Shown here piece by piece: positions 46,585-59,588 of a DNA stretch of 64,000 nucleotides. The first letter of the stretch is position 1, and every line of letters begins with the position of its first letter. The translations under genes were made by a program, and so were the position numbers. Below the pieces are notes generated by a model. The model saw only the letters and a list, made by a program, of their open reading frames with translations. It was not told the DNA's origin and searched no databases. The DNA comes from Styela clava (Eukaryota), in assembly GCF_964204865.1 (NCBI RefSeq), contig NC_135250.1:4278001-4342000 (forward strand). The letters are read 5' to 3'.

Positions 46585-48639
46585 TATGGTGGCCCATCGT
46601 TGTCGCGCGTAAAATTGAAAAAAATGAAAATAAAAAAAAAATAAAAAACTTAAAATAAAAGTAAATTAAGAAAATAGTTGTGAAAAAACATAAAAAAAAT
46701 GCAAAAAAAATAAAATGCAAAAAAAATGAAAACGAAAATAAAATAAAAACGGAATAAAAAAAAGCAAAAAAAAAAAATTAAAAAAAAAAAAAACGTGAAT
46801 AAAAAGAAAATAAAAGGGTTGACAACGAGGCCCGCCTCGTAGCCCATCGTTGTCACGCGTTTTTATTTTGAGAAAATTTGCTTCTGCTTGGGACCAACGT
46901 TGTCATGAATATTCCTACGCGCACAAACGGTGTTCCCTGGGTTTCTGACTCACTAGTAGGGCTGGGAATGGTTAACCGGTAAACCAATTTCAGATGGTTA
47001 ACGGTTATGATTTATTTTAACCGTTAACTGACATCTCAGGTACAAATCATCTTCATACCGTACAATATCGTCAAATATTATTACGTCATTGCAAATTTAT
47101 CTCTTGCGGCGTTTAATTAAAAAAATATTACTAACTGTGTGGGTAAGGAATCAATATATGTAAAAAATAATGGAAGCACCAAGGTTGCTAATAATAAAAA
47201 TTTACAATGATAAATTCAGAATCAGTTTTCGGTCGATTTCGAAATATATTGTTCACGATTTCATTGCAAAATCGGATATTCAATGTCATACAACAAGTGT
47301 GCAGTTGATGCCGTTTTCTCTATGAAATATATCTCGAAGTAGAATTTGCACATCGAACACTGAAAATTTGTCACATAAATGACGTTTAAGAACGGAATCG
47401 GGTTTTCTAAAATATTTCCACATGCCCGAACCACGCTGCCTATCTTTTGCAGCAGAGGAATCATGAAATTAACTCGATTCGTGAATAATTTTGAGCGATA
47501 CCGGGATAGGAACTCGCGAAATTGCATTATAACCATTGCGACGTAACAAGCTGAAATTATAATTATTACGTCAAACGTCAAGCGGCGTTTACCGGTTAAC
47601 CGGTTAATTTTACCCGGTTAACGGTTAAAGTGTTTCCCTGAAATTCCCAGCCCTACTCACTACTGATTTTTCTGAGCAATATTCAATAAATTCAAAACGG
47701 AAATGTTCTATAAGTTCTTCATGCTACAAGTTCAACTAGAAGTAATATATTTATAATAATGATAAGAGAATATAGAATTAGGTACGAAAGTTCGGGAAAT
47801 TTGTTTATACGTGTAGAAGGTAATTGAATTGGAGAATGCTGCTCAACTAGCACAGACTTGAATTATAGAAAAGGACTGTGTGCATGAAGTAGCCTAGTTA
47901 GACTCGTCCGTCGGCTCTGGCCACTACTGTCTGATCGTTCAACTACGAGGCTGGAAGGCGATTATGGTTAGACCTGATTTCAATGGAATGTGCATGTCGG
48001 CATGTGCATACGGTATGACATACCGTGCACTGGGCTGGTAACGTACCGATCCAGACGAATGATAAATCGCGCGGGCTCAACCATTTATTTCAATCCACTC
48101 ATCGATTCACCATATTCTACTAGACTGGCCGTATCTCCCGCTCGTTTCATGAGTGACTATATGGTGGGTATCGTGTACGATCAGACGGGTATCGGTTTCG
48201 CACGAGTGTCCGGCCAACTGAGCATTTAAGCAGCATTCTCCAATTCAACTAACTTCTACACGTAAAAACAAATTTCTCGAATTTTCGTATTCAATTCCCT
48301 ATTCTCCTGTCATTATTTTATATATATTAATTACTTCTAGTTTAACTTGTATCATGGAGAGTTTATAGAACATTTGCAAATTAAATTTATTGATTATTGC
48401 CCAAGAAAATCAGTAATGAGTTAGAAACCCAGGGAAAACCGTTCGTGCGCGTAGGATTATGCATTTTTTCAATTTTTTTTTTTTATCATTTTTTTTATTA
48501 TTTTTATTTCAAATTTATTTATTTCAAATTTTTTTTGTTTTTTCACAACTATTTTTTTATTTTACTTTTATTTCAAGTTTTTTATTTCATTTTTTAATTT
48601 TTTTTTCAATTTTATGCTTGACAATGATGGGCCACCATA
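46585..48639. mobile_element. Non-autonomous long-TIR DNA transposon, IS3EU-like ends, 6-bp TSD
   Basis: Termini TATGGTGGCCCATC...GATGGGCCACCATA with the exact TSD GACAGG (46579-46584, 48640-48645). Imperfect inverted arms of about 400 bp or more. Absent from the paralogous site near 34300. Confidence 0.8.
46957..47655. mobile_element. hAT-type MITE nested inside the IS3EU-like element
   Basis: TIRs TAGGGCTGGGAAT...ATTCCCAGCCCTA, subterminal ggttaaccgg repeats, 8-bp TSD ctcactag/ctcactac. Confidence 0.85.
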
Positions 48640-50782
48640 GACAGGCATAAATTACTAAAAGATGGTATGAGACAGATAGTTATGTCCTATGGACAAGCAC
48701 TCCGCAGTGGGTTCCCAGGTGTGCACTGAAGCATTCTGAATTGATAAAAAGGCAATTGTATTGAGTTTGATTCAATATAGCATTTAATATTTAGAATGTA
48801 AATTATTTTGTTTTTCCATATCGGCATTTTATAAACTGACACTATTTTGTCAAATATTCTCGACGTCTTTTAACTGGCATTTCTCGCTCGACGTTGTTCT
48901 CCGAATTTATAATTCTTTGCGTAAATTGAGAAATCATAAAAGCAGAAATCTTCAAATATTGCTCACACAAACGAAATCATACCACCGACGTTATCTCTCC
49001 CCTGACAAGGCAAATGAGTCAATTGTCACAGTTTGAGAATTTTCTTGCTCCCTTAAAACAAATATTTTCATTCAGGAAGTTTGCTTCAAGCGAAGTCGCT
49101 AGACTTCAACTAAGCTAGCGTTTCCCAACCGAAGAGAAACTATTTGTAACTTATCAAAAGAGTTATGTATTTGTAGGACCGTTTTCACTGGTAAACGCCA
49201 TTTTCTGGATATTCAAATACAATTATATTCAAGTTAGGAATTCAACCGTAGTTTCGCATCTCAAAAACTTAGGGGGGGGGGGGGGGGGGGGGGGGTGTTT
49301 ACCGCCTACAGCGTAGAGTGCGGATAAGTGATAGAAGAAAACTTGAAAGTCTCATTAAATGCTAAACCACCCAAAACTACCGCAATACCCTTCATGTTTA
49401 TGTGAGGACAGTTATTGTAATAAAAAATTTTATTTGGTCAAAATCACAATGAGAATGCAATAAATAAATAAGCAAAATTGCACAAACATAATTTACAGAA
49501 AATTTTACTAAAGTGCATTGTTGTGCGGGGAGTTTGAGGAAATTGAATACACACAATCATATGGCCACCAAGACCTCTAATAAGATTCATATATTTATTC
49601 ATGTCGCTTATTAACCTTGCATGGCAAATTAACCTAGGCTTGCGGGTAGGGATATACGTTTCAGAATTTCAAATCGATTCGAAGAAATTTAAGAAAAAAT
49701 GCTTGATTCTATTCAGAAAGAAAAATAGATACCACAAGGCAACTGCACGACACAGCAGCGCTACCGTTATATCGACCGAAAGCGTTTATTATCCTTGCGT
49801 TTACAGCTTTCCAAAGCCGTGACACTCCCAGAGTCGTTATATTTCATATTGGTAGCAGCTTTCGAGGGACCAATGGTTTCGCTCAATTTTGTTCGACTAC
49901 TTAAAATGTTACAAAGTTTCACAAATATTTGGAACGTTCCTTCAAATTATCTACATAATAATATTATAATAAAACATCATTGCTTCATACCGTATGCCTG
50001 CGATGCTTGCCTCGTTATCATTGGTTCTTTTAAAATCATGGCGCATACGGTATACTAACTATAGCGATTATAATTTGGATGAATTTTGAAGGTCAATTTT
50101 AGAAGAAACAATCGCTATAAATCCGATATTATTTGCAAACATAATTGTATGTGAGTAAATATGTAACTGAGTATAGCTTTATGTAATAAAAAATAAATCT
50201 TAGCCGTAATATATTTGGTAGTTGATACATCCATGCAGTGTGTTTTTCTGGTAACTTTCTTAATTCTTCAAGCTCATTATTGTTATTTTATCAAAATTTA
50301 TACTATATTTCTTCCAAATTTGAGAAAAGTTGACGATAATATGATGATATACTAAATAGAATCAGATTCGGAAATATTCGAATCGAAACATTGTGATTCG
50401 AAATTCGATTCGAAAAAAAATATTCGGAACTTACATCCCTACTTGTTGGAAGTGCTGATCATCTCTGATTATTTAAACGTTTGATTGTCGCCCATATACT
50501 GGAGCGTAGCCATTAATTCTCATGGGGCTTAGACCGTAACAGACAGCGGGAAAACGTGGATTTCCAAGAGATTTAAGGATCCAAAATGCGTTTCAAGGAG
50601 AATGAGAATAAAAGGACACCCCTGCCCCCAGCACAAAAAAAAAATAAAATAAGGATAAATTAGGCCCGAGTATTATTTCTCGCAAAAAAATGAAATAATT
50701 GTCTTATTTTCGGAGACAGAGTACATGGACGAGGTGGCGGGCATCGAATTTGTACACGAGGTGTGTACCTGCTATATATACC

Positions 50783-51080
50783 AGATGTGGGCAAGGTTTT
50801 TGAAAAAGTGGGCCAAAAATTTTGCCCGCTTGGATTTACGGGCCGCGTAAGTGTGACGTAAAGAGTTACATTTTATGAAAAATATTTACAGTGTTGCGAA
50901 AGAAAAAGTAGGAAACAATAAATTCGAGATAAAACTCAATTTAATCGCAATCTCAACAAATTCCTTGAGCTGTTTTTCATTTGAAACATCAAAATTTAAT
51001 TTTAGTTTGTGGTTGTGGCAGCATCAGGCGGGACAGATTGAATTACCCAATCACGCGGGCCGAAGTTTGCACATGTCAGC
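50783..51080. mobile_element. Degenerate hAT-type MITE
   Basis: cagatgtgggcaagg...gcgggccgaagtttgcacatgtcagc. Its right part is the reverse complement of about 12450-12560. Confidence 0.55.
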
Positions 51081-51905
51081 GCTACCATTATAGTCAAACC
51101 TGAGGCATACGATTCATAAAAGTTCTGTTCGTCACTATTCAAATTTCTCGATAATATAGGCATATAAATATCACGTCCTTGTTACTGCCATATTTTCTTG
51201 CACATCTTCGACGTTATCCTCATTTTTACCTTTATTTTTTCTTTGAAGATACCGTTCGCTCAATTTGGCTTCTACTGCTGTTATGTGAGGTGGAGGGGCC
51301 GGCAAGACCCAGAATGCAAGGTACGAATATTAGTCCGTTCCAGAGACCGTATCCAACGACACACACGAATACCTGAATTATAGAAAATTGACTTTGCTAT
51401 TATAGTATTAATAGTAAACGTTTTAAGCGAGTCGACTGCTAAATGGTAAATGTTTTAACAAGTTTTGAAGCAATCTATAGACCAGGGTTGTGGATTCGGT
51501 TTTTGAAATGTTGACATTCTGAACTGAACTTGAAATCCCAACAATTTTAAATAGCACCGTAAAATCAATAAGAAAAACAAGAGAACTATGCTCAAATATA
51601 TGGACACGTAGAGCCACATAATTTTGATGACGTCATAGCGAAAAAAAGAAATAGCTTCCTGGAGAAAAAATTTTATCTTTAACGACTGAAAATTTCAAAG
51701 CAATTGCTCCAGTATTCGACGAGTAAAAGTAACAACCTTCTGGCGACCTCTTCCGTTATTGGGTACTGGAAACTTATATCAATAGATCCATAGGTTGCAG
51801 AGAAAAGCTATTTTCCCAAATAACAATAATCAAGACAAAACATTAGTACATTTCGTGCACAATATGAAAAATATTTTTAAATAATTGTATGATTATTTTT
51901 AACAG

Positions 51906-52157
51906 TTAAATTACGCTGGTCGAGAAATTGATTGTGAAGTGGATTGGAAGTTTAAAAGTTTTAGACTGACGTGGGATGCAAAATGTCGGGACAAATTAAA
52001 CCCATCAATTATGCATTTGTGTGGAGGGTATAACAGCGATGTTGGAGCCTGTGAAGCTTCCTTTTCGTTTTTGATCCAATATGGCTCCGATATTGGAGTT
52101 TATCCAACTCCGTGTGATCGTGGCAACTTTGTTAAGTCTTGTGTTCCCCCTCCGTAA
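51906..52157 (+). CDS. Terminal exon of a putative anti-lipopolysaccharide factor (ALF)-like protein; 5' exon(s) unresolved
   Basis: Acceptor tttttaacag| is followed by 83 open codons: LNYAGREIDCEVDWKFKSFRLTWDAKCRDKLNPSIMHLCGGYNSDVGACEASFSFLIQYGSDIGVYPTPCDRGNFVKSCVPPP*. It aligns by eye with ALF (SI...S..GA.E.S...G). A candidate upstream exon at 51249-51320 (ag|...AAG|gtacga) is in phase 0. Confidence 0.6.
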   Translation, partial: LNYAGREIDCEVDWKFKSFRLTWDAKCRDKLNPSIMHLCGGYNSDVGACEASFSFLIQYGSDIGVYPTPCDRGNFVKSCVPPP

Positions 52158-55100
52158 AAAAATTGATTCAAGTCCATTTTGTGTGTTTTGAGAGCGATAA
52201 GTTGATTTTTTTTTTCGTTTATTTTTTTTTTATGTATTTTAAAATGAATGACTAGAGCAATGTATTTCTTGAGAAAATATAATTTGAAACCTCATTCATC
52301 CTTTCTCTTTCACCAGAGGCGAACTTATTTTTCATGAGGCGCCCTCAAAAAATACTCAAAGCGCACTTACACGAAAAAAAATTACTGCCTTCAAATAACA
52401 CTGAATTTTGTGATCTCTTTAATGTATACATCATGCCATTTGAAGTTTGAAAACACGTTGGCCCAAAGACTGTCAACTATTCTTCCTCACCTTTGCCTGA
52501 TTTTCCACTCGCTACCCTCGTTAGGGCAGATAAATTAACTCCAGCTCACGAAAGTCCGGCCTTATTTTGTGAACCCTGTCCTACATTAAACCTAAGAGTA
52601 CTGTAAAATTCCAAATAACAAATATCTCTCTATCTGTGCGTTCATTCTATTATTGTGCTGAAAACTCGAATGTTTTATTGAAATTTGCTTTTTTTAGATG
52701 CATTCAATTTATTTTTCTCTCAATTTTATCTAAATTCCAAAAGTCAATAACACAATCGGATCTACACGACAAAAAATTACGTTCTTCATATCAATTTCGA
52801 TAAACATCGACAGCGATGTTCTATAGCTTTGGCCCATTATGACCGTCATTATCGGCTTTGTTTATTTCCTATTTATTAAGCTTTATTTTTTATTTTCACA
52901 CGTTATCATATGATATTTCATAAATAAAAAACGTACTAAAATAAAATAGCAGTTTCTTACATACCAATATCAGTTTGTACAGAGGGTTATATGTACGAAA
53001 AGACGTAATGAGACAGAAAAAAAGCAAAATCACCAGCGAATTACTGTTGTCCACGGGTGTACGATATTATATATTATTTGTCGGTTGGCCATACAACCAA
53101 CTTCACACATCTGACTAGATTCCACAGAAAATTAAGTTTTTGCAATGTACGCAACAAGTTATAATTATAAAATTCCGCATCAACAAAATACATTACCGAA
53201 TAGGGCCACAGTAAATGGCTTGGGAGAGACGGGTCGCGGCCCAGGGCCACATGTTGCACAAATGCGAACTGTAGGACAATACATATATATACCTAGATCA
53301 GAAGAGTATTGACGACAGCACAATAAATTAGGAAATTTATTTTTTCCTTGACTGACTTCGATTTACGAATTTACTCCAAGTTAAATGCTTTGAAAAACAG
53401 TTGGGCGACAAGAGGAAAGGCCGACATTAGGGCGCTCCAGAAGTGCGTGTACCAATATGGAGGTAACTAATTTCGTTCGCCTACTTTACGTCAAGTTGCG
53501 TAAAGAACTGAAACCTATGAGCAGAAGGTATATTTATTTGTCTAGTTTAGGGGAAAGTGGAGAAGGTTGGGACACTTTTTTCTTTTGCATATTTTGAGCC
53601 GTTACCTCTGCATATTCACTTAAGTTTGCGAGACTAATGCATAGAGGGGTAAATGTAGTTTTTATTCAGCAACAAAGAAATTCCTTTGCGACACACATCT
53701 TACTACCAAAATGCTTTGGAATACGTCTGTCAAGTGTCCCACTGTACCCCACTTGTGGGGCCTATTCGGACAGAATAGTCTGTCGAAATTCAACGAAGTA
53801 TGCCCTTAAAAATAAGCAATTAATCAGCATAATCGTCTAAAGAACAGGGAGACTTCAAATTTGAAGATTTAATATTTTTAAAATCAATGTTCAACTGAAA
53901 TACTTCAGATATTTTGGCAAAAAATTTTGCAAACAAATTTGATTATTTCCTTCCTCGAATCTAAATCTGGAAATATTATTGAATCTCGAATATATTCCAT
54001 TTTGGACCATGGGTCGAAAAAAAACCATAATATTACACAAAATATAACGCATCTCTAGGTCTCTAAGGACTTATTGTATCAAACACTGTCGAATTGTGCC
54101 CGGTAGGGCATGTCCCACTAAACCCCGGTCCATTGTCCCCCATAGGAAACAAATATTTTTAGACCATCCCACGGCGGAATTCGGAAGGCACATCCACTCG
54201 CCAACGTTATGAATATTTTACAATGCACTATAGCTGATAAATATCTGACGGTGGTTTGTCATGTTGAAAAGGCTAAAGTAGAAAAAGAAAAAAAATGGGA
54301 TGGTGAAATTTTAGTTTCAACCTCCCAAAACCAATTTCACCCCATATTTCGCGCCGCTCTACCCGTTCGCGGGGACGTTGTAACTCACCAAAGGTCGGAT
54401 CGAAACATCGAACCGTGGACAGGATTGCGGATATAGTATCAGTGGGAAAGCTGATTTTGAATAGAACTAAAATAAGGAAAGTGGGAATAACATTATGGCA
54501 AACCCTAAACTGATACACATACTTCAGGACCGACATAAGAACCCCGATTTGGCTTAAATTGCAAAAGCGCAAGATACCGAGACAAATAAACCAATTATTT
54601 AGGTTCAGCTTAGGACGAAAATTGGTTAACAATCACCATATCTAAATAGGTAGGCTACAAATCGAGCGGGTTACCCGGTAACTCAGTATGTTCCATGGAT
54701 TTTTATTTTAAGGAAGGGGTTGGGAGCAAATTTGCTGATATGTATTCTTGTTATTAATGATAGAAGTATTTGTAACTTATAAAAATGTGTTGACTTATCA
54801 TCTTCACCGGCATATAAGTTACTTTTTGAATTCAATTTTATTTACGTTAAGAAATAAGGTCAAGTGTCACACCTGAAAATTAATGGAGGGAGAGTGTAAA
54901 TCAATGCCCGGTGTTAATATCAAAACGGCAATCAAAAATATATCATAAACAAAAATCATTACTATTTGGAAAATACAAAAAATCGATGTCACTTAAAGTT
55001 TCAATACCTTTGGTGTAAGAAGTCAATATCGATTTTAAGTAAGTTTATAATCATTGCCATAATAAACGAAAAACACGACTGCTATCGCTTCAGCGAAGTT

Positions 55101-55483
55101 TGTATTTTAAGTAAATCCTACGTGTATTATCGTGACCCACTAATGCAAGGCCCTTTATAAGCAGCATCTGATATCTAGCGGTATGTAATGGATACTTCCG
55201 TAGTATGTGCACCAGTTTAGGGTTAGGCCATAATTTGATTCTGATTTCCCGTGTTTTAGTTTTATTACGAGTTTGGGGACTGTCTGTATTAGCAAAGTGA
55301 ATATACCCACTGACCATAGGTTTCAATCCCTCTACCTACACAACGTAAAGTAGGCGAGCTCAAATTGTTTCCTTATTGGTATATACACGGCTGGAGCGTC
55401 ATCTAATGAGCTACTATCATTTGATAGGATCGGAATCATTCTCAAAAAATTACCTAATGAACACAATCTCGGGTGTGTCTAAA

Positions 55484-57126
55484 CTATAATACAGCTATAG
55501 CAACGAGGAGACTGATAACCGATCCAACTATAAAGCTTGATTTGATGGATCCGGCGCTTGAAGTGGTTTCTGTAGCAGTTGTAGAGGCGGTATCCATTCT
55601 GTTGCATTTATCTAAATAAGTTTGGAAAGTACTATTAATTTCTGAATTATAATAACTAGCTTTTCACGTTCTGCAGCTTAAAGCTTTTGTTTAAATCTTT
55701 CCAAGATCAAAGCATTTAAAATCCAAACTCACCTTCTTTGCATATACAGACTTCCCTCATCACATCACCAGCCAACCTTTGTTTGCATCCAGTTTCATTG
55801 TGTTTGGAGCAAAACAGACTAACAGTACCTAAAAACGAAGTTGAAGATTGACTTGATATTAGCGTATCGTATTTTAAGGACATTAAGGCCTTCTTCAAAT
55901 ACTTTTTTTTCTCATAAATCGATCGCGCGCTTTATAAGCCTGTGCGCCTAATATATCGATCAATTAGTGGCGCAGCGGTGTGGCTAAGCGTTAGGAATAT
56001 GCTCGCCACCGCAGTGACCGCACCTCTGATTACGCTGCGTGGGTTCGCAGGTTCGAATCCCATGCGGGGATAGCTATGTGCGAGAGGATTGCTGGACTCC
56101 TCGCCGTCTTTGGGTGGTTCAAGTAACTGCTGGTCGGTTACGGCTTCCTTCACCATCAAGTCCATGCTTTCCAAAACAAATAACTAACTAATCCCATACC
56201 CGACATGGAATGGTAACCGGACGAGATGCCATGGTTCGCCATATGGTTAAGCCGTTTTATCGGCTTTCCACCTCCCCAGGATAGATATGTAAATCCTATC
56301 CTATCTTGGTTTCTAATTCTTTACTGCATACTGTCGAAACCAGCACCGGTTGTACTTAATGCACGTGAACAGCCCTAGTCCGAGCATTTACTGACGGTGC
56401 GCATTATGGTCCGTAACATACGGTAACTGATTCATCATTGGACACGAGATGAACATTTTGCAAAAAAATTCTCGTTGTTTTTGGGGTGATTGCTGTTGCC
56501 GTGAAAAATCCAGTACTCGGGAGTGGTTGAAATCTTTGAAAGGCTTTCGCTGTTTGATTTACAAAAAATTATTTTTGCCGTTTTTCAGTTAAAATGGGGA
56601 TCATTTTTATTTCTTTGCAGCAAACTCGGTGCTCGTTAATGACCTCACCGAGCAGACGTCCATAAGTGGTCATTGTATCCAGATACCTGAACATTGCCTT
56701 TTTTTTCTTATTCGTATTGCTCAAGATAGCTGAGATATTTGTAAAGTTACATGAAATATTTAGATCAATAAAGTATCTGCGCGATATGAATAAAGTGCAC
56801 ACCATTTTCAGTTTCTTTGGCACATGTAAGGAATTCATCACGGCAGTCCACCACCATAAGAAATGTTGTCAACTTCTTATCGTTGCAATGGGAGCAAACG
56901 TAGCACCTGATTGCGTAACCTGGTTAAAAAAAAAAAAAATTTCACGTGTTCCAAATATCATCCTTCTTTCACGGGGAGTAGTGCAACACGAAACAGATGG
57001 TTTTGAGATTTGAAGATCAAATAAACTATGCTCGATGCTACAAGAAACAGCAAAAGTAACAATTTTTATCCACAAACCTGTAGTAGCAATCATCAAACAT
57101 AAACAAGCAACCAATTCCGAATTCAT
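55484..57126 (-). CDS. Ly6/uPAR GPI-anchored protein, copy B9, 129 aa, 14-aa stalk
   Basis: Exons 57126-57078, 56919-56803, 55828-55733, 55611-55484: MNSELVACLCLMIATTGYAIRCYVCSHCNDKKLTTFLMVVDCRDEFLTCAKETENGTVSLFCSKHNETGCKQRLAGDVMREVCICKEDKCNRMDTASTTATETTSSAGSIKSSFIVGSVISLLVAIAVL*. Confidence 0.88.
55967..56305 (+). mobile_element. tRNA-derived SINE in B9 intron 2
   Basis: A-box-like TGGCGCAGCGGTGTGG, perfect B-box GGTTCGAATCC (56050-56060), non-tRNA body and (cctat)n tail. The paralogous B7 intron (gatcacttagtg|ctttattgc, about 37427) lacks it. Confidence 0.8.
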
Positions 57127-59588
57127 TCCGAGTGATTTTCTTAATTAAAACAACGAAAGTTAACTTGACAAATAAAGTATCAACACCAAAAGTAGGTGCT
57201 GTCTTCTTGCTAGCAAGTAGGTCTGTAGGTCTGTAGGTCAAGTAGGTCTGTCTTCTTGCTAGCAAGGCACCGCCTATAATAACTCTAAAATATATAACGG
57301 ACTTCTACAGTATATAGTTTTTTATTCTGATTCACTCTTCCGTTTGTATATACTATTGAAAAAATCAAAAATTTTGGTGCGACTACTTGTAGAGTTTCGT
57401 CAGATCGTAAATGCAAAATACCTCATGAAAGAAGTATTACGTCCATGCGAATAAAATCGACTTGGATAAAATTAGATATGCGAACGGTGTAAATGCTTCC
57501 GTGATCATAAGTTATTACAACTCAGCAAAATTGTACATTTCACTTAATCATGTGAACTATATTTTTATACAGTCATAACGCCTTAGCATTGAATAAGGTA
57601 ATTAACGAATCAGTAACAAAATAGCACTGTAACGGAAATACATAATATTATGATAATTTATACTTTATCTGGTACTTTACTTCAGATTAAGCTGCATGAA
57701 ATACATTAAACCATAGTTTCATTAATTAAATCACCGTGTGACGACGCAATATAGTAACCTTTCTGTTTTTCAAAATCATCTCTTACTTTTAATAAAATTC
57801 AGTTTCAGTTGAACCATGTAGTTCAATTAGTATTGAAAAATAAAAAACGTTTAATTTACTTGCCTGTTGCAGAAATAACTCGAAATAGGCCGTGTTGAAG
57901 GACGAGTCAAATGTCGTCAATACTTGATTTAATCCTATTGCAAATTTCAAAATAACGTTGTATGGTTTGGAAAAATATTTAATCTTATTGTCATCACACT
58001 CATATTTATCCATTTCACAGTTGTTTATGAAATCAACTATGATTCGATCATCAACTCGAATTGGAATCTGGGAATTCAGTGACTCGACTTGACTTCAAAT
58101 CGAATTTTGAAATTGCTGCATATAAGAATTGATTCAAAACTGATGGGTATAATATTTATCATGACTCGTACTCTAATTGTGACTCAATTCTGTCCAAATT
58201 TTTTGAACTCGGTTGACTTATTACTCGGACAAAATCGCATCAAGCAAAACGTCGAACTTATTGGACACGTTTTAGTGGCCATAATGATCGTTTCAAAATT
58301 TTGTTGTTATTGTTATTATTGTTATTTGTCTCCGTCTCCATTTTTAAAAAATCGCTTTTCTCTTCGAATACTGGACCAATTGCTTTGATATTTTCAGTGG
58401 TTAAATATGAAATTTTTCTCCAGAAGGCTTTTTACTTTTACTTTTATTTTTTTTCCTTTTTACTTTATTACTTTTTTCTCTCGCTATGACGTCATCAAAA
58501 TTATTGTCACTGGGTGGCGCCACGTGTCCATATATTTGAGCATAGCTCTCTTGTATTTTATATCCTTCCTTGTCACTTCGTTCACCGGGTCCCTTTATCA
58601 CTTATTCTCTTTTAAATTCTTCTAGAAAGCTCAGCATAGAGATAGATTTGAATATTGAAAACAATTTATTTCACAATGTAATAATATACCTCAGTCATAA
58701 AATATGACGTCATAAATAGTGAATTTTTGTTCAATATATTTTTTACACGAAATAAGAAAAATGAAACATAAAATTGAGACAATGAAACCGGATATCCAAA
58801 AATACTCGGTTCTATATCCGGACCAAAAGCTTTGTTCCACAAAGAAAGAATAGCTATATCCGGACTCTTTGCAATACTTTTCTTTTGAAACAAATCGGTG
58901 AAACATTAGTTTCAACGTTGCACTAATTTGGTTGAGACAAGTAATTTATATTCAATTTATCTATCGTTCATGTGTAACCAATCATGATCATAAAATAAGT
59001 CAACAACAGACAAACGTTTCAGTTTCTTTTCCAAAGCTCCACTAAATGACGTTTGTCACAAAGTTCTTATTATATTCAGTATTTTTTGAAGCATTTCCTT
59101 ATAACATGTCAAACCCAATAAACCAATTAGACAATTTTTGAAGATTAACAAATTATAAAAAAGAAAACTGCGAGTGACGCAAAAAATGCCCCATGCACCT
59201 CGTCAGGACGTAATGAATTAGGTAGTTGTGTAGGCTAGGGGTGGACAAAGTTTTTTTTTTTGCAAGGCCCGCATGGAGAAGTTGAATGTGACGCCACAGC
59301 CACTGTGTTTGCATTCGCTTCGAATTTAATGGTGGCTGAAATGGTTGAGTCAAAGACGAAAAAATATCGATATTCATTTTTAACAATACACAGTTTAGGT
59401 TTTTCAAATAAAATTTGTATGTAGTTGTCAAAAATTTTCACAATTGTTTCCAGGAGCACGGGGCTCGCGCGAAATGCTTAGCGGCCCGCGCGCCCCAGTT
59501 TGCCCATTTCTAGGGTGGACTACAAGTCAAAAAAAATATTCGGGCCTTGAAAAAATTGGTTTTATTGAAAATGTGAATTAGTGCTTAT

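Noticed and set aside
46650-46856. Phe-rich membrane-protein-like ORFs (also 48397-48650)
   Set aside because: These are low-complexity A/T arms of the TIR element.
49272-49295. Poly-G tracts (also 61155-61169) as G-quadruplex elements
   Set aside because: Simple homopolymers of uncertain length, one at a transposon end; nothing supports a function.
55967-56070. tRNA gene
   Set aside because: No convincing cloverleaf or acceptor stem; it continues into a body and repeat tail and is absent from the paralogous intron, so it is called a SINE.
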